Below are positions 22,295 to 31,976 of a stretch of DNA of 64,000 nt, in pieces. Position numbers and translations under genes: made by a program. This stretch comes from an uncultured Chloroflexia bacterium (GTDB lineage Bacteria > Chloroflexota > Dehalococcoidia > Dehalococcoidales > RBG-16-60-22): the NCBI GenBank assembly GCA_963739395.1, contig CAVUAE010000001.1:710056-774055 (forward strand), written 5' to 3'. The notes under the pieces are model-generated. The model worked only from the letters and a program-made list of their open reading frames with translations. It ran no database searches and was not told the origin of the DNA. The number at the start of each line of letters is the position of its first letter. The stretch's first letter is position 1.

Positions 22295-23380
22295 CTAACC
22301 CTGGTCCCTGATAATGATGATATTTTTCGGCGGCAGATATACGTAATAAGCATGGCCTTTTTTGATAAGCGGCGCATGGGCTTTATGTAGGGATACTTCA
22401 ACCCAATGTCCTCTAGCTTTTTCACTAACAGCATAGAAAAAACAGTTAATAAGGGAAACACCTTCCACAATGCGTTCAGCCTTGTATTTAAAAGTATTTT
22501 CACCGGGTCGGTCGACGATGTGAATATATTCGGGTCTGATGCCGATAGTGACAGACTGGTTTACGGCAAGACGTTTAGTGTTATCCTTGATAATTTTAAG
22601 ACTCACACCCAGTTCGGGAACCATTACCCGAACCGTCGTGCCCGTTATCTTCTCAATGGAGCCCTGCATAATATTTCTGACGCCGGTTAATCTGGCGACA
22701 GTACGATTAACCGGTGATTCAATCACCTTGTTTTTATTATCGCACTGGACAACGCGCCCGGACTCATAGACAGCGATTTTTGAAGACAGTTTGTAACCTT
22801 CGGTGAGGTCGTGTGTAACAAAGAGTATATTTCCTTTGTAAAAATTTTGTAGATTTATTAGTTCCAGTTCCAAACGCTCTTTAACCTGGGAATCCAGCGC
22901 GGAAAACGGCTCATCGAGCAGTAAAACTTCCGGTTTAGGCGCGATAGCACGGGCTAAAGCGACCCTCTGTTGCTGTCCAGCAGAAAGTTCTCGGGGGTAA
23001 CGGTGCCCTAGGTTAGATAAGTGCATTTTCTCCAGCAATTCCGATACTCTTTCAGTTATATCCTGCTTGGGTAAGTGGCGTATACCGTAACTTATATTAT
23101 CGCGGACATTAAGATGGGGAAACAGAGCGTAATTCTGGAACACAAAACCAACTCGTCGGAATTGCGGTTTCATATTGATTTTCCTGGCGGTATCCAGCAA
23201 TATCTTATCGTTAAGTTTGATATAGCCTGTATCTGGCTTGAGTAAACCGGCGATGCATTGCAGCGTCATCGTCTTACCGGAACCTGATGGTCCCAGGATG
23301 GCGAGTATCTCCTGATGAATGGAGAAATTAACGTCCAGATGGAATCCCGGTAGGGATTTTTTTACTTTGACTTCGAGCAA
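22295..23380 (-). CDS. modC: Molybdate ABC transporter ATP-binding protein with C-terminal TOBE-like domain
   Basis: Walker A GPSGSGKT, signature LSAGQQQRV, Walker B LLLDEP. Context with modA/modB. Confidence 0.85.
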   Translation of the reverse strand: MLEVKVKKSLPGFHLDVNFSIHQEILAILGPSGSGKTMTLQCIAGLLKPDTGYIKLNDKILLDTARKINMKPQFRRVGFVFQNYALFPHLNVRDNISYGIRHLPKQDITERVSELLEKMHLSNLGHRYPRELSAGQQQRVALARAIAPKPEVLLLDEPFSALDSQVKERLELELINLQNFYKGNILFVTHDLTEGYKLSSKIAVYESGRVVQCDNKNKVIESPVNRTVARLTGVRNIMQGSIEKITGTTVRVMVPELGVSLKIIKDNTKRLAVNQSVTIGIRPEYIHIVDRPGENTFKYKAERIVEGVSLINCFFYAVSEKARGHWVEVSLHKAHAPLIKKGHAYYVYLPPKNIIIIRDQG

Positions 23381-23422
23381 TAGTTAGCTCCTTTAGAATA
23401 TGTTGAAAAGCGCCCATTTAAA

Positions 23423-24112
23423 TCAGCCGGATACAAAAATGCCCGTCGTTTTGGGAGATTTACGCTTCCAATATGCGAGCGCCGCCAGTGAAGCAAAAGA
23501 TATCACCAAGACAATCCCCACTAATATCAGCGCTTGGTCGTTATGGCCACTTTCGATACTAAAGTAAATCGCCACCGGAATAGTGGCTGTTTTGCCGGGG
23601 ATATTGCCGGCCAGCATTAGAGTAGCGCCGAACTCTCCCAGTGCGCGGGCGAAGGTTAGAATAGTGGCGGCAACTACCGAAGGCCAGGCCATGGGCATCG
23701 TCACCGTCCAGAAAACGCGCCACTCACTGGCGCCCAATGTCCTGGCGGCATTTTCGACATTGGTATCAACCTGTTCGAACCCTGCCCTGGCGGCCATATA
23801 CATCAATGGAAAGGTCATAACGACCGCAGAGATGACCGTCGCTGGCCAAGAAAAGACGATGGTTGTGCCAAGCCAAGAAAAAAACTCCCCAAGCGGTCCG
23901 TTTTTGCCGAACAACAGTAGCAAACCGAAGCCCACTACTGTCGGCGGCAATACTAATGGTAATATGAATACACCGTCGATAATGCTTTTAAATTTGCCGG
24001 TATACCTTGCCATCCACCGGGCGGCGGCAATGCCTATAAAAAAGGTAATTACTGTCGTCGCGAGGACAGTTTTACACGATACCCAAAATGGTGCCAGGTA
24101 CGATTCCATCAT
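23423..24112 (-). CDS. modB: Molybdate ABC transporter permease
   Basis: 229 aa, MetI-like permease with an EAA-type loop (ENAARTLGAS). Confidence 0.85.
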   Translation of the reverse strand: MMESYLAPFWVSCKTVLATTVITFFIGIAAARWMARYTGKFKSIIDGVFILPLVLPPTVVGFGLLLLFGKNGPLGEFFSWLGTTIVFSWPATVISAVVMTFPLMYMAARAGFEQVDTNVENAARTLGASEWRVFWTVTMPMAWPSVVAATILTFARALGEFGATLMLAGNIPGKTATIPVAIYFSIESGHNDQALILVGIVLVISFASLAALAYWKRKSPKTTGIFVSG

Positions 24113-24148
24113 TCTTCTCCCGTAAGACCTTCAGCCAGTATAACTTTT

Positions 24149-24940
24149 TTACTTATTTACCACAACAAAACCATATTGTTCAAAAATAGACTTCGCCTCG
24201 CCGCTTAAAAGGAAGTTGATATAAGCTTTAGCGGCTTCTATATTCTTACTCGCTTTGATAACAGCAACGGGATAAACTATCTTACTATTAACTTCATCAG
24301 GCGCATAAGCGACTATCTTGATATCATCCGCGATGGCTGCATCGGTGGAATAAACGATACCGACTTCTACATTACTACTCTTAATCAAGCCTACTACGTG
24401 CGGCGTGTCAATTTGTAGAATAAGTTTTGCTTGTATTTGTTCGTAAATTCCAAACACCTCCAAAGCTTGCTTCCCATAGATTCCTGAAGGGACGAATTCA
24501 GGGTCTCCAATAGCTATATGTTGAATATCGTCGTTCATTAAGTCCATAAAACCAGAGATAGAAAGCGTGCTATCAGTGGGTACTACCAGCACGATTTTAT
24601 TATTCAGCAAATCCCGACGGGTCTCATCGATTATTAACTTACCTGCCTGCAAAGTATCCATTTGTTTAGCCGCTGCGGAAATAAAAACGTCCGCCGGGGC
24701 TCCCTGCTCAATCTGTTTTTGCAGGATTCCCGACGAGGCGAAGTTCGCCACTATTTTAACGTAATCATTTTTTTCCATGTACTTTTTATTGATGGCTGTA
24801 AGAGCGTCGGTGAGACTGGCCGCTGCAGAAACGTTCAACTCTACAGAGGCTGGCTTGGAACAACCAGACACAACCAGAATAACTAACAATAAACTTACCA
24901 AACCTATGATGGTGAAATTACGCTTATTAAGAAGATTCAC
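24149..24940 (-). CDS. modA: Molybdate-binding periplasmic lipoprotein
   Basis: Lipobox VVSGC. ModA-like AAASL...FISA motifs. Confidence 0.85.
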   Translation of the reverse strand: MNLLNKRNFTIIGLVSLLLVILVVSGCSKPASVELNVSAAASLTDALTAINKKYMEKNDYVKIVANFASSGILQKQIEQGAPADVFISAAAKQMDTLQAGKLIIDETRRDLLNNKIVLVVPTDSTLSISGFMDLMNDDIQHIAIGDPEFVPSGIYGKQALEVFGIYEQIQAKLILQIDTPHVVGLIKSSNVEVGIVYSTDAAIADDIKIVAYAPDEVNSKIVYPVAVIKASKNIEAAKAYINFLLSGEAKSIFEQYGFVVVNK

Positions 24941-24984
24941 GTATCTAATATCCTTTCATTGATTAATACATTTGAGTATGGGAT

Positions 24985-25021
24985 AAAAAAAATAGCGCTA
25001 CTTTTTATAAAGCGCGCTATT
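24985..25021 (-). terminator. Intrinsic terminator between the putative Moco aptamer and modA (expression platform)
   Basis: aatagcgc/gcgctatt stem followed on the minus strand by uuuuuuuu. Confidence 0.5.
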
Positions 25022-25042
25022 TATAAAATAGACTTTAAACAT

Positions 25043-25156
25043 TTTTCTCCTTTCCTATTCCGGGAAGCATTGCCGTTTCCAGCCATGCCGTCGAGATTTC
25101 CATCTACCGGCTATTCACCATAGATAAGTCTTTAGGTGAAATAGCTCCGGAGAAAC
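25043..25156 (-). promoter_or_regulatory. Putative molybdenum-cofactor (Moco) riboswitch aptamer
   Basis: Minus-strand RNA has closing stem UUUCUCC...GGAGAAA, CUCCGGAGC near the 5' end, CCCGGAAUAGGAAAGGAG near the 3' end and internal hairpins. Lies upstream of modABC. Confidence 0.5.
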
Positions 25157-25287
25157 TGGCTTATATTAGCATAATAGATATATTGCTGTCAATATTGCGC
25201 CTAACCAGCATAAAAATATCCTCCTATCTAGCACTTTTAGCTTAGTAAGTATATAATTATTGATAATAATACGTGCTCTAATATAAT

Positions 25288-26115
25288 ATGGAAGCTAAAC
25301 CGTATCTAATTATTCAACCCCAAAAAGGCTGGAAGCTCATTAATTTTAAGGAGCTGTGGGAATACCGTGACCTGCTATATTTACTCATCTCCCGCAATAT
25401 AAAAGTACGTTATAAGCAGACAGTGCTGGGGGGGTTATGGGCGATAATTCAGCCATTTTTCATGATGATTGTCTTCTCCGTTTTCTTTGGTCTTTTAGCC
25501 AAAGTGCCTTCCGATGGCGTACCTTACCCTATCTTTAACTATTCCGGGATGATAGCCTGGACCTATTTTGCCAACGCTTTAACAGGCGCGTCAAACAGCT
25601 TAATTGCGGAAGCAGGACTGGTATCTAAGGTATATTTTCCCCGCATGATAGCGCCGCTGGCGCCGGTATTCGCTAATCTACTGGACTTCGCCGTATCCTT
25701 TGTTATCCTTATTGCGATGATGTTCTTCTACCAGGTATACCCGAATAGATATGTCCTCTTATTACCGTTTCTGGTAATTCTGGTGATGTTCGCTGCTGCA
25801 GGTACCGGTATGTTCCTAGCCGCTTTAAACGCCAAGTACCGCGATATCCAATATACCGTACCTTTTATAATACAGTTCTGGATGTTTGCTACACCGATAG
25901 TTTATCCGGTCTCTATGTTGCCGGAAAAATATCATCTTATCTACGCTATCAATCCAATGGTTGGCATTATCGAAGGATTCCATTCGGCTTTAATAGGTAC
26001 GGTAACCTTCCCCACCCAGCTAATTCTGGTTTCTGTTGGGGTAAGCATTATACTCTTCATCGTCGGGGCATTTTATTTTAAAAGAACCGAACGATTTTTT
26101 GCCGATATTATTTAG
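25288..26115 (+). CDS. wzm: ABC-2 type polysaccharide export permease
   Basis: 275 aa, 6 TM, typical N-terminal RNIKVRYKQTVLGGLWAIIQP motif. Confidence 0.8.
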   Translation: MEAKPYLIIQPQKGWKLINFKELWEYRDLLYLLISRNIKVRYKQTVLGGLWAIIQPFFMMIVFSVFFGLLAKVPSDGVPYPIFNYSGMIAWTYFANALTGASNSLIAEAGLVSKVYFPRMIAPLAPVFANLLDFAVSFVILIAMMFFYQVYPNRYVLLLPFLVILVMFAAAGTGMFLAALNAKYRDIQYTVPFIIQFWMFATPIVYPVSMLPEKYHLIYAINPMVGIIEGFHSALIGTVTFPTQLILVSVGVSIILFIVGAFYFKRTERFFADII

Positions 26116-26123
26116 GACTCACT

Positions 26124-27419
26124 ATGTCAGACTTAATGATAAAAGTTCACAATCTATCCAAACGCTACCGGATCGGTATGGCGGAAAAAGCTTATAGAGG
26201 TTTCCGGGAAACCGTTATGGATACTATCGCCTCGCCTTTTAGAAACTTTTGGAAGCTGCATAATTTAACCTCATTTAAAAACACCGATGAAAAAGATGTA
26301 ATCTGGGCACTTAAAAATGTTTCCTTCGAGGTTAACCAGGGAGAAGTGCTGGGGATTATCGGCAGAAACGGGTCTGGGAAAAGCACACTCCTAAAAGTAC
26401 TCTCACGTATTACTGATCCGTCTTCCGGATATATTGAAATATATAAAAAAATTTCCAGCTTGTTAGAGATAGGCACCGGTTTTCATCCGGAACTTACCGG
26501 ACGGGAAAATATTTACCTTAACGGCGCTATACTGGGCATGCGTAAAAAAGAAATCGATAGAAAGTTCGATGATATCGTCGCATTTTCTGAAATCGGTAAG
26601 TATATTGATACACCAGTTAAAAGGTTTTCCAGCGGCATGTATGTCCGCCTTGCCTTTGCCGTGGCTGCCCACCTTGAGCCGGAAATTATGCTCGTAGACG
26701 AAGTGCTGGCAGTCGGTGATGCCGAGTTTCAAAAAAAGTGCCTCGGCAAAATGGAGAGTCTGGCCGGCTCTGGTCGGACGTTACTTTACGTTTCCCATAA
26801 TATGGCATCGATTAAAAGCCTTTGTCAAAGAACGATTCTCCTCCATGAGGGAAGCATTATCGATAATGGGCCAACACATAATGTTATCAAGCATTATCTG
26901 GGTTCCGGTTTACACAATGCGGCAGAAAGAAAATGGGATAATCTGATAACTGCCCCAGGGAATGAATCCGTACGTATGTTAGCTGTTCGAGCGCGAAACA
27001 AGAATAGAAAAATCATCGCTGAATTTGATGTTCAAGAACCTATCCAGATTGAGATGGAATTCCAGGTTTTACGTGAAGGCCTTGTAGTGGATAACTCGCT
27101 TACCTTTAAGAACGAAAGCGGACTTCCTATATTTGTCACATTCAATAATTCAGACGATGAATGGCATAAGCGTAAACGCCCGGTCGGACTTTATCGTTCA
27201 GTTTGTTATATACCGGGTAATTTACTGAACGAAGGAACGATTTCCATCAACGCAGCGATTATCACTCAACCTAATATAGTGCACGCCGGCGTAAAAGATG
27301 TGATAAGCTTCCATGTATCTGACTCGGGTCCAGGCGGTGCCAGAGGCGATTATACACGAGAATGGCCGGATTCGGCAGTAAGACCCTTACTGGAATGGAG
27401 AACTGAACAGATAAAATAA
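26124..27419 (+). CDS. wzt: Polysaccharide ABC exporter ATPase with about 180-aa C-terminal extension (glycan-cap-binding-type domain)
   Basis: Walker A GRNGSGKST, signature FSSGMYVRL, Walker B MLVDEV. Extra C-terminal beta-rich domain. Confidence 0.85.
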   Translation: MSDLMIKVHNLSKRYRIGMAEKAYRGFRETVMDTIASPFRNFWKLHNLTSFKNTDEKDVIWALKNVSFEVNQGEVLGIIGRNGSGKSTLLKVLSRITDPSSGYIEIYKKISSLLEIGTGFHPELTGRENIYLNGAILGMRKKEIDRKFDDIVAFSEIGKYIDTPVKRFSSGMYVRLAFAVAAHLEPEIMLVDEVLAVGDAEFQKKCLGKMESLAGSGRTLLYVSHNMASIKSLCQRTILLHEGSIIDNGPTHNVIKHYLGSGLHNAAERKWDNLITAPGNESVRMLAVRARNKNRKIIAEFDVQEPIQIEMEFQVLREGLVVDNSLTFKNESGLPIFVTFNNSDDEWHKRKRPVGLYRSVCYIPGNLLNEGTISINAAIITQPNIVHAGVKDVISFHVSDSGPGGARGDYTREWPDSAVRPLLEWRTEQIK

Positions 27420-27472
27420 GAGAAGTTACGATAATGCCGACTCTGCCAAAGGGAAAGGAGATAGGAAAACGT

Positions 27473-28249
27473 ATGAAAACTATAATTCTTGCCGGTGGTT
27501 TGGGTACAAGACTCGGCCAACAAACTGAAACCGTACCGAAACCTATGGTACTTATTGGCGGCAAACCTATTCTCTGGCATATCATGAAAATTTACTCCTA
27601 TTATGGCTTCAACGATTTCATCATTTGTCTGGGAACGAAAGCAGCCGTTATTAAAAGCTATTTCTATGAATATGAAATTATTAATAATGACTTTACGATA
27701 GATATGTCAACAAAAAATCTACATTACCACAATCAACACAGTGAAAAAAACTGGAAAGTTACTCTGGTGGATACCGGGCAAGATACCCTGAAAGGCGGCA
27801 GGATAAAAAAGGTCGCTAAATACCTGGACTCGGACGTAAATATGCTTACTTACGGAGACGGCTTGGCTGATGTGAATTTAAAAAAATTACTTGAATTTCA
27901 TAAATCGCATGGAGAAATTTTAACCATGACCGGAGTACACCGCCATTCTGGTTTAGGAGAGATAGTTGAGAAAAATGGACAAGTCAACTCTTTTTCCGAA
28001 AAACCGTCACAATCCCGAAGCCTAATTAATGGCGGTTTTATGGTGTTTAACAAAAAGATGATGAACTATCTAACGGAAAAAGATAATTGTGATTTTGAGG
28101 TTGGCCCGCTGGAGCGTTTGGTCAAGGCTGGCGAAGTAATGGTCTACCGGCATGAAGGCAGTTGGGAATGCATGGACCATGAAAGAGATGTAGCTTACCT
28201 TAATCAGCTATGGCGGGAAAATAAGGCATTTTGGAAAATCTGGAAATGA
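27473..28249 (+). CDS. rfbF: Glucose-1-phosphate cytidylyltransferase
   Basis: MKTIILAGGLGTRL...KPMV N-terminus with AAGGAG RBS upstream. The ORF track start at 27434 is probably too early. Confidence 0.85.
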   Translation: MKTIILAGGLGTRLGQQTETVPKPMVLIGGKPILWHIMKIYSYYGFNDFIICLGTKAAVIKSYFYEYEIINNDFTIDMSTKNLHYHNQHSEKNWKVTLVDTGQDTLKGGRIKKVAKYLDSDVNMLTYGDGLADVNLKKLLEFHKSHGEILTMTGVHRHSGLGEIVEKNGQVNSFSEKPSQSRSLINGGFMVFNKKMMNYLTEKDNCDFEVGPLERLVKAGEVMVYRHEGSWECMDHERDVAYLNQLWRENKAFWKIWK

Positions 28250-29355
28250 ATGCATTATTCAATAACGTCTTTAAAGGCAAAACTGTCCTCGTTACCGGGC
28301 ATACTGGCTTTAAAGGCTCATGGTTATCTATCTGGCTTAAAGAGTTGGGCACTAATATTATTGGTTATGCGCTGGAGCCCTATACCAAAGCTGATAATTA
28401 CGTCGTTTCCCAAGTTGGTAAACAGGTTACCAGCGTTATCAACGATATACGCGACTACGAAAAACTGAAAAAAGTCTTTGATGATTATCAGCCCGAAATC
28501 GTTTTTCACCTTGCAGCCCAGCCGCTGGTTAGATTATCTTACCAGCAGCCGAAATTGACCTACGATACCAATATCGGGGGAACCGTGAATGTGCTGGAAT
28601 GCTGCCGCCTTACGGACTCGGTGAAAGTCATTATCAACATTACGAGCGACAAATGTTATGAAGAAAACAATCTTAATCGGGGATATAAAGAAACCGACCG
28701 GCTGGGAGGTTACGACCCGTATAGCTCGAGTAAAGCTTGCTGTGAAATTATAACCTTGGCATACAGAAATTCATTTTTCAATGTCAAGGAATTCAGAAAA
28801 CATAAAATAACACTATCTTCCGTCAGGGCGGGCAATGTTATCGGTGGCGGCGACTGGCGAGAAGATAGGCTAATCCCGGATTGCATCCGTGCGCTTAAGA
28901 AAAACGAGCCCATAGGACTTCGCTCGCCGCGGTCGGTAAGACCATGGCAATATGTGCTTGAACCTCTAGGCGGTTATCTATTGCTTGCGTCAAAAATGTG
29001 GCAAGACGGCGTTAAATATTCGGGCGCCTGGAATTTCGGACCCGAAAATACGTCTAATATTTCCGTAGAAGAAGTAGTCAAAAAAGTTATCAAGAATTGG
29101 GGAAGTGGGGAGTACAAGGATTTATCTAAAAACCTACCAAATGAGTTGCATGAATCAAAAACATTAACGTTGGATATTTCCAAAGTTAAAGAACAGCTGG
29201 GCTGGAAACCCGCCCTAAATATTGATGAAGCTATTGAATACACCGTTAACTGGTACAAAGCGTCTAAAATTGATTATAACTTCTGCGCCAAACAGATTAG
29301 TGCTTATAGCAGCAAGGCGGCCGAGAGATGTGGTTATGGCAGTGGTAAAGGGTAA
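28246..29355 (+). CDS. rfbG: CDP-glucose 4,6-dehydratase
   Basis: GHTGFKGSWL Rossmann motif and YSSSK catalytic motif. ATGA overlap with rfbF. Confidence 0.85.
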   Translation: MNALFNNVFKGKTVLVTGHTGFKGSWLSIWLKELGTNIIGYALEPYTKADNYVVSQVGKQVTSVINDIRDYEKLKKVFDDYQPEIVFHLAAQPLVRLSYQQPKLTYDTNIGGTVNVLECCRLTDSVKVIINITSDKCYEENNLNRGYKETDRLGGYDPYSSSKACCEIITLAYRNSFFNVKEFRKHKITLSSVRAGNVIGGGDWREDRLIPDCIRALKKNEPIGLRSPRSVRPWQYVLEPLGGYLLLASKMWQDGVKYSGAWNFGPENTSNISVEEVVKKVIKNWGSGEYKDLSKNLPNELHESKTLTLDISKVKEQLGWKPALNIDEAIEYTVNWYKASKIDYNFCAKQISAYSSKAAERCGYGSGKG

Positions 29356-30595
29356 GTACTTCCTGCCACAAACTACTGGTAAATGTTTGGGATGTGGTCG
29401 AAAATTGCCGCGTCCTTTTCTTGATCTTGGTGAAACACCTCTCGCCAATAATTACTTGACGTCGGAAAAACTGAAGACGGATGAACCAGTCTACAAGCTT
29501 GCTGTCGCTTTCTGCCCCTCATGTTATCTGGTGCAAATCACTCATAGAGTCGTCCCTAGCGACTTATTCAGTAACTACTTATATTATTCATCTGTTTCTG
29601 ACGCTTTCGTTAAACACGCAGCGGAAATGGCGGATAACTTGACCTATCGTCTGGCTTTAAATACTAACAGCTTGGTGATAGAAATCGCCAGCAATGACGG
29701 CTACTTGCTCCAGTTCTTAAGGCAAAAAGGTATCCCTATCCTGGGCATTGAGCCGGCAAAAAATATTGCTAAAGTCGCTAAAGAAAAAGGGATTCCTACT
29801 CTGGATATATTTTTCGGTCCCGATTCCGTCAATGAAATTCTCCAAAAAAAAGGTCCGGCAGATGTAGTAATCGGCAATAACGTTTTAGCGCATGTGCCTC
29901 AGATAAATGATTTCCTATCTTCTGTTAATCGGTGTTTAAAGCCAAAGGGCAGTGCGGTATTCGAGTTCCCATACTTGAAAGACCTTATCGACCACACTGA
30001 GTTCGACACGATATATCATGAGCATGTTTTCTATTACTCACTGCATGCCGTTAAAATCCTCGCTGAACGGGCTGGATTACAGCTTTACGATGTCCTACAT
30101 CAGGATATCCACGGCGGTTCGCTGCGGGTCTTTCTACAAAAGGATAAACGTTTTGAAATATCCGGAAACGTAAAACGAATGCTGGCGGAGGAAGAAGAAG
30201 CCGGACTGACCAATCAGGCTTTATATAAAAGCTTCGGCAAGAAGGTGGCTGAATTGAAGGAGGGGTTAGTTCAATTTTTACGGGGATTAAAAAAAGACGG
30301 TAAGACTGTCGCCGCTTATGGCGCCGCTGCCAAAGGCAACACTCTTTTGAATTACATAGGGATCGATAACCACATCATCGATTTCGTAGTTGATAGGAGT
30401 CCTTATAAACAGGGTCTTTTCATGCCTGGTACGAGAATCCCGATTTTACACCAGGACGAGCTGCTTAAGAAAATGCCAGATTATACTTTGCTTCTGGTTT
30501 GGAACTTCGCCGAAGAGGTAATAAAGCAACAGGATATATACCGTAAACGCGGGGGCAAGTTTATCATCCCAGTACCGGAGGTTAAGGTGGTCTAA
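29336..30595 (+). CDS. NDP-hexose C-methyltransferase (Zn-ribbon N-domain, class I SAM domain, C-methyltransferase C-domain)
   Basis: CLGCG...LDLGETPLANNYL N-terminus and the overall TylC3/EvaC-like layout. Start uncertain. Confidence 0.65.
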   Translation: MAVVKGKYFLPQTTGKCLGCGRKLPRPFLDLGETPLANNYLTSEKLKTDEPVYKLAVAFCPSCYLVQITHRVVPSDLFSNYLYYSSVSDAFVKHAAEMADNLTYRLALNTNSLVIEIASNDGYLLQFLRQKGIPILGIEPAKNIAKVAKEKGIPTLDIFFGPDSVNEILQKKGPADVVIGNNVLAHVPQINDFLSSVNRCLKPKGSAVFEFPYLKDLIDHTEFDTIYHEHVFYYSLHAVKILAERAGLQLYDVLHQDIHGGSLRVFLQKDKRFEISGNVKRMLAEEEEAGLTNQALYKSFGKKVAELKEGLVQFLRGLKKDGKTVAAYGAAAKGNTLLNYIGIDNHIIDFVVDRSPYKQGLFMPGTRIPILHQDELLKKMPDYTLLLVWNFAEEVIKQQDIYRKRGGKFIIPVPEVKVV

Positions 30596-30596
30596 G

Positions 30597-31124
30597 ATGA
30601 TATTTAAAGAAACTGGACTTAAAGGGGCTTATATCATCGAGCTGGAACTGCAAGCAGACGAGCGGGGTTTCTTCGCCCGTACGTTCTGTCGCCAGGAGTT
30701 CGAGGAGTATGGGTTGAATCCTCACATCGCCCAAGGGAATATATCCTATAATAAAAAGAGGGGGACACTCCGCGGCATGCATTTCCAAGCAGCCCCCTAT
30801 GAGGAAGTTAAAGTCATTAGTTGTACAAGAGGTTCAATTTACGACGTAATTATAGATTTAAGGCGTGATTCTCCTACCCGCTGCCAATGGTTTGCCGTGG
30901 AATTAAGAGCCGACAACTACAAGATGCTCTATGTACCGGAAGGTTTTGCGCATGGCTTCCAGACGCTTAAGGACGATACTGTGGTAAACTATCAAATGTC
31001 CGAGTCTTATCATCCGGATTACGCATGGGGCGTGAGGTGGAACGACCCGTCTTTCGGTATCAAGTGGCCTTTAAAACCGACGATTATCTCGGATAAGGAC
31101 AAAAACTTCCCCGACTATAAATGA
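30597..31124 (+). CDS. NDP-4-dehydro-6-deoxyhexose 3,5-epimerase (RmlC-like cupin)
   Basis: DERGFFAR...RGMHFQ and the PEGFAHGF motif. Confidence 0.8.
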   Translation: MIFKETGLKGAYIIELELQADERGFFARTFCRQEFEEYGLNPHIAQGNISYNKKRGTLRGMHFQAAPYEEVKVISCTRGSIYDVIIDLRRDSPTRCQWFAVELRADNYKMLYVPEGFAHGFQTLKDDTVVNYQMSESYHPDYAWGVRWNDPSFGIKWPLKPTIISDKDKNFPDYK

Positions 31125-31130
31125 ATCGTC

Positions 31131-31976
31131 ATGAAAGTGTTATTGACAGGCGCCACGGGCTTTATCGGGAACTACGTAACTGAAGAGTTGTTGAAACGTA
31201 AGCTCGACGTAGTCGCAACCTCTATTGTACTGAAAAAAGAGATACAGTCCGCCTGGTTAAAAAAGGTGGACTATATTCAAGCTGACTTGAATGATAAGCG
31301 GGATGACTGGTTCGACTTCTTCGGCAAGCCTGATTTAATAATTCACCTCTCATGGGAAGGCTTACCCAATTATAAAGAGCTTTTTCACTTCGAGCGTAAC
31401 CTCCCGAGCAACTATCTATTTTTAAAAAGCCTGATAAAGAGCGGCCTGAAAAAGGTCGTGGTCATGGGTACCTGTTTTGAATATGGTAAACAAGAAGGAG
31501 CTTTGAAAGAGACGCTGGAAACCAAGCCTAAAAATCCTTACGCTCTTGCCAAGGATTGCTTGAGGAAATTCTTGGAGCAGCTGCAGAAGAAAACCCCCTT
31601 CGACCTTAAGTGGATTCGCCTCTTCTATTTATATGGCAAGGGTCAAAAACCCAATACGATTCTCGAGCAACTGGAGGCGGCGCTTCATAAAAATGAAAAA
31701 GTCTTTAATATGTCCGGCGGCGAGCAGTTGCGTGACTACCTGCCGGTGGAAAAAGTTGCGGAGTATGTCGTGAAAATAGCGTTGCAGGATAAAGTCAGCG
31801 GCATCATTAACTGCTGTTCTGGCAAGCCGATTTCTATTAAAGATTTGGTGCAAAATTACCTGACGGAGAATAATAAGAAAATCGAACTGAACCTGGGTTA
31901 TTATCCTTACCCTGATTATGAACCAATGGCTTTTTGGGGAGATGATAGTAAACTAAAGAGAGCGTTAGCAGAATGA
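31131..31976 (+). CDS. NAD-dependent epimerase/dehydratase family protein (likely 4-ketoreductase)
   Basis: GATGFIGNYV Rossmann motif and YALAK catalytic motif. Confidence 0.7.
   Translation: MKVLLTGATGFIGNYVTEELLKRKLDVVATSIVLKKEIQSAWLKKVDYIQADLNDKRDDWFDFFGKPDLIIHLSWEGLPNYKELFHFERNLPSNYLFLKSLIKSGLKKVVVMGTCFEYGKQEGALKETLETKPKNPYALAKDCLRKFLEQLQKKTPFDLKWIRLFYLYGKGQKPNTILEQLEAALHKNEKVFNMSGGEQLRDYLPVEKVAEYVVKIALQDKVSGIINCCSGKPISIKDLVQNYLTENNKKIELNLGYYPYPDYEPMAFWGDDSKLKRALAE

Noticed and set aside
25261-25290. TATAAT immediately abutting the wzm ATG suggested a leaderless mRNA.
   Set aside because: A single hexamer with no clear -35 cannot support this. The true start or promoter of wzm remains unresolved.
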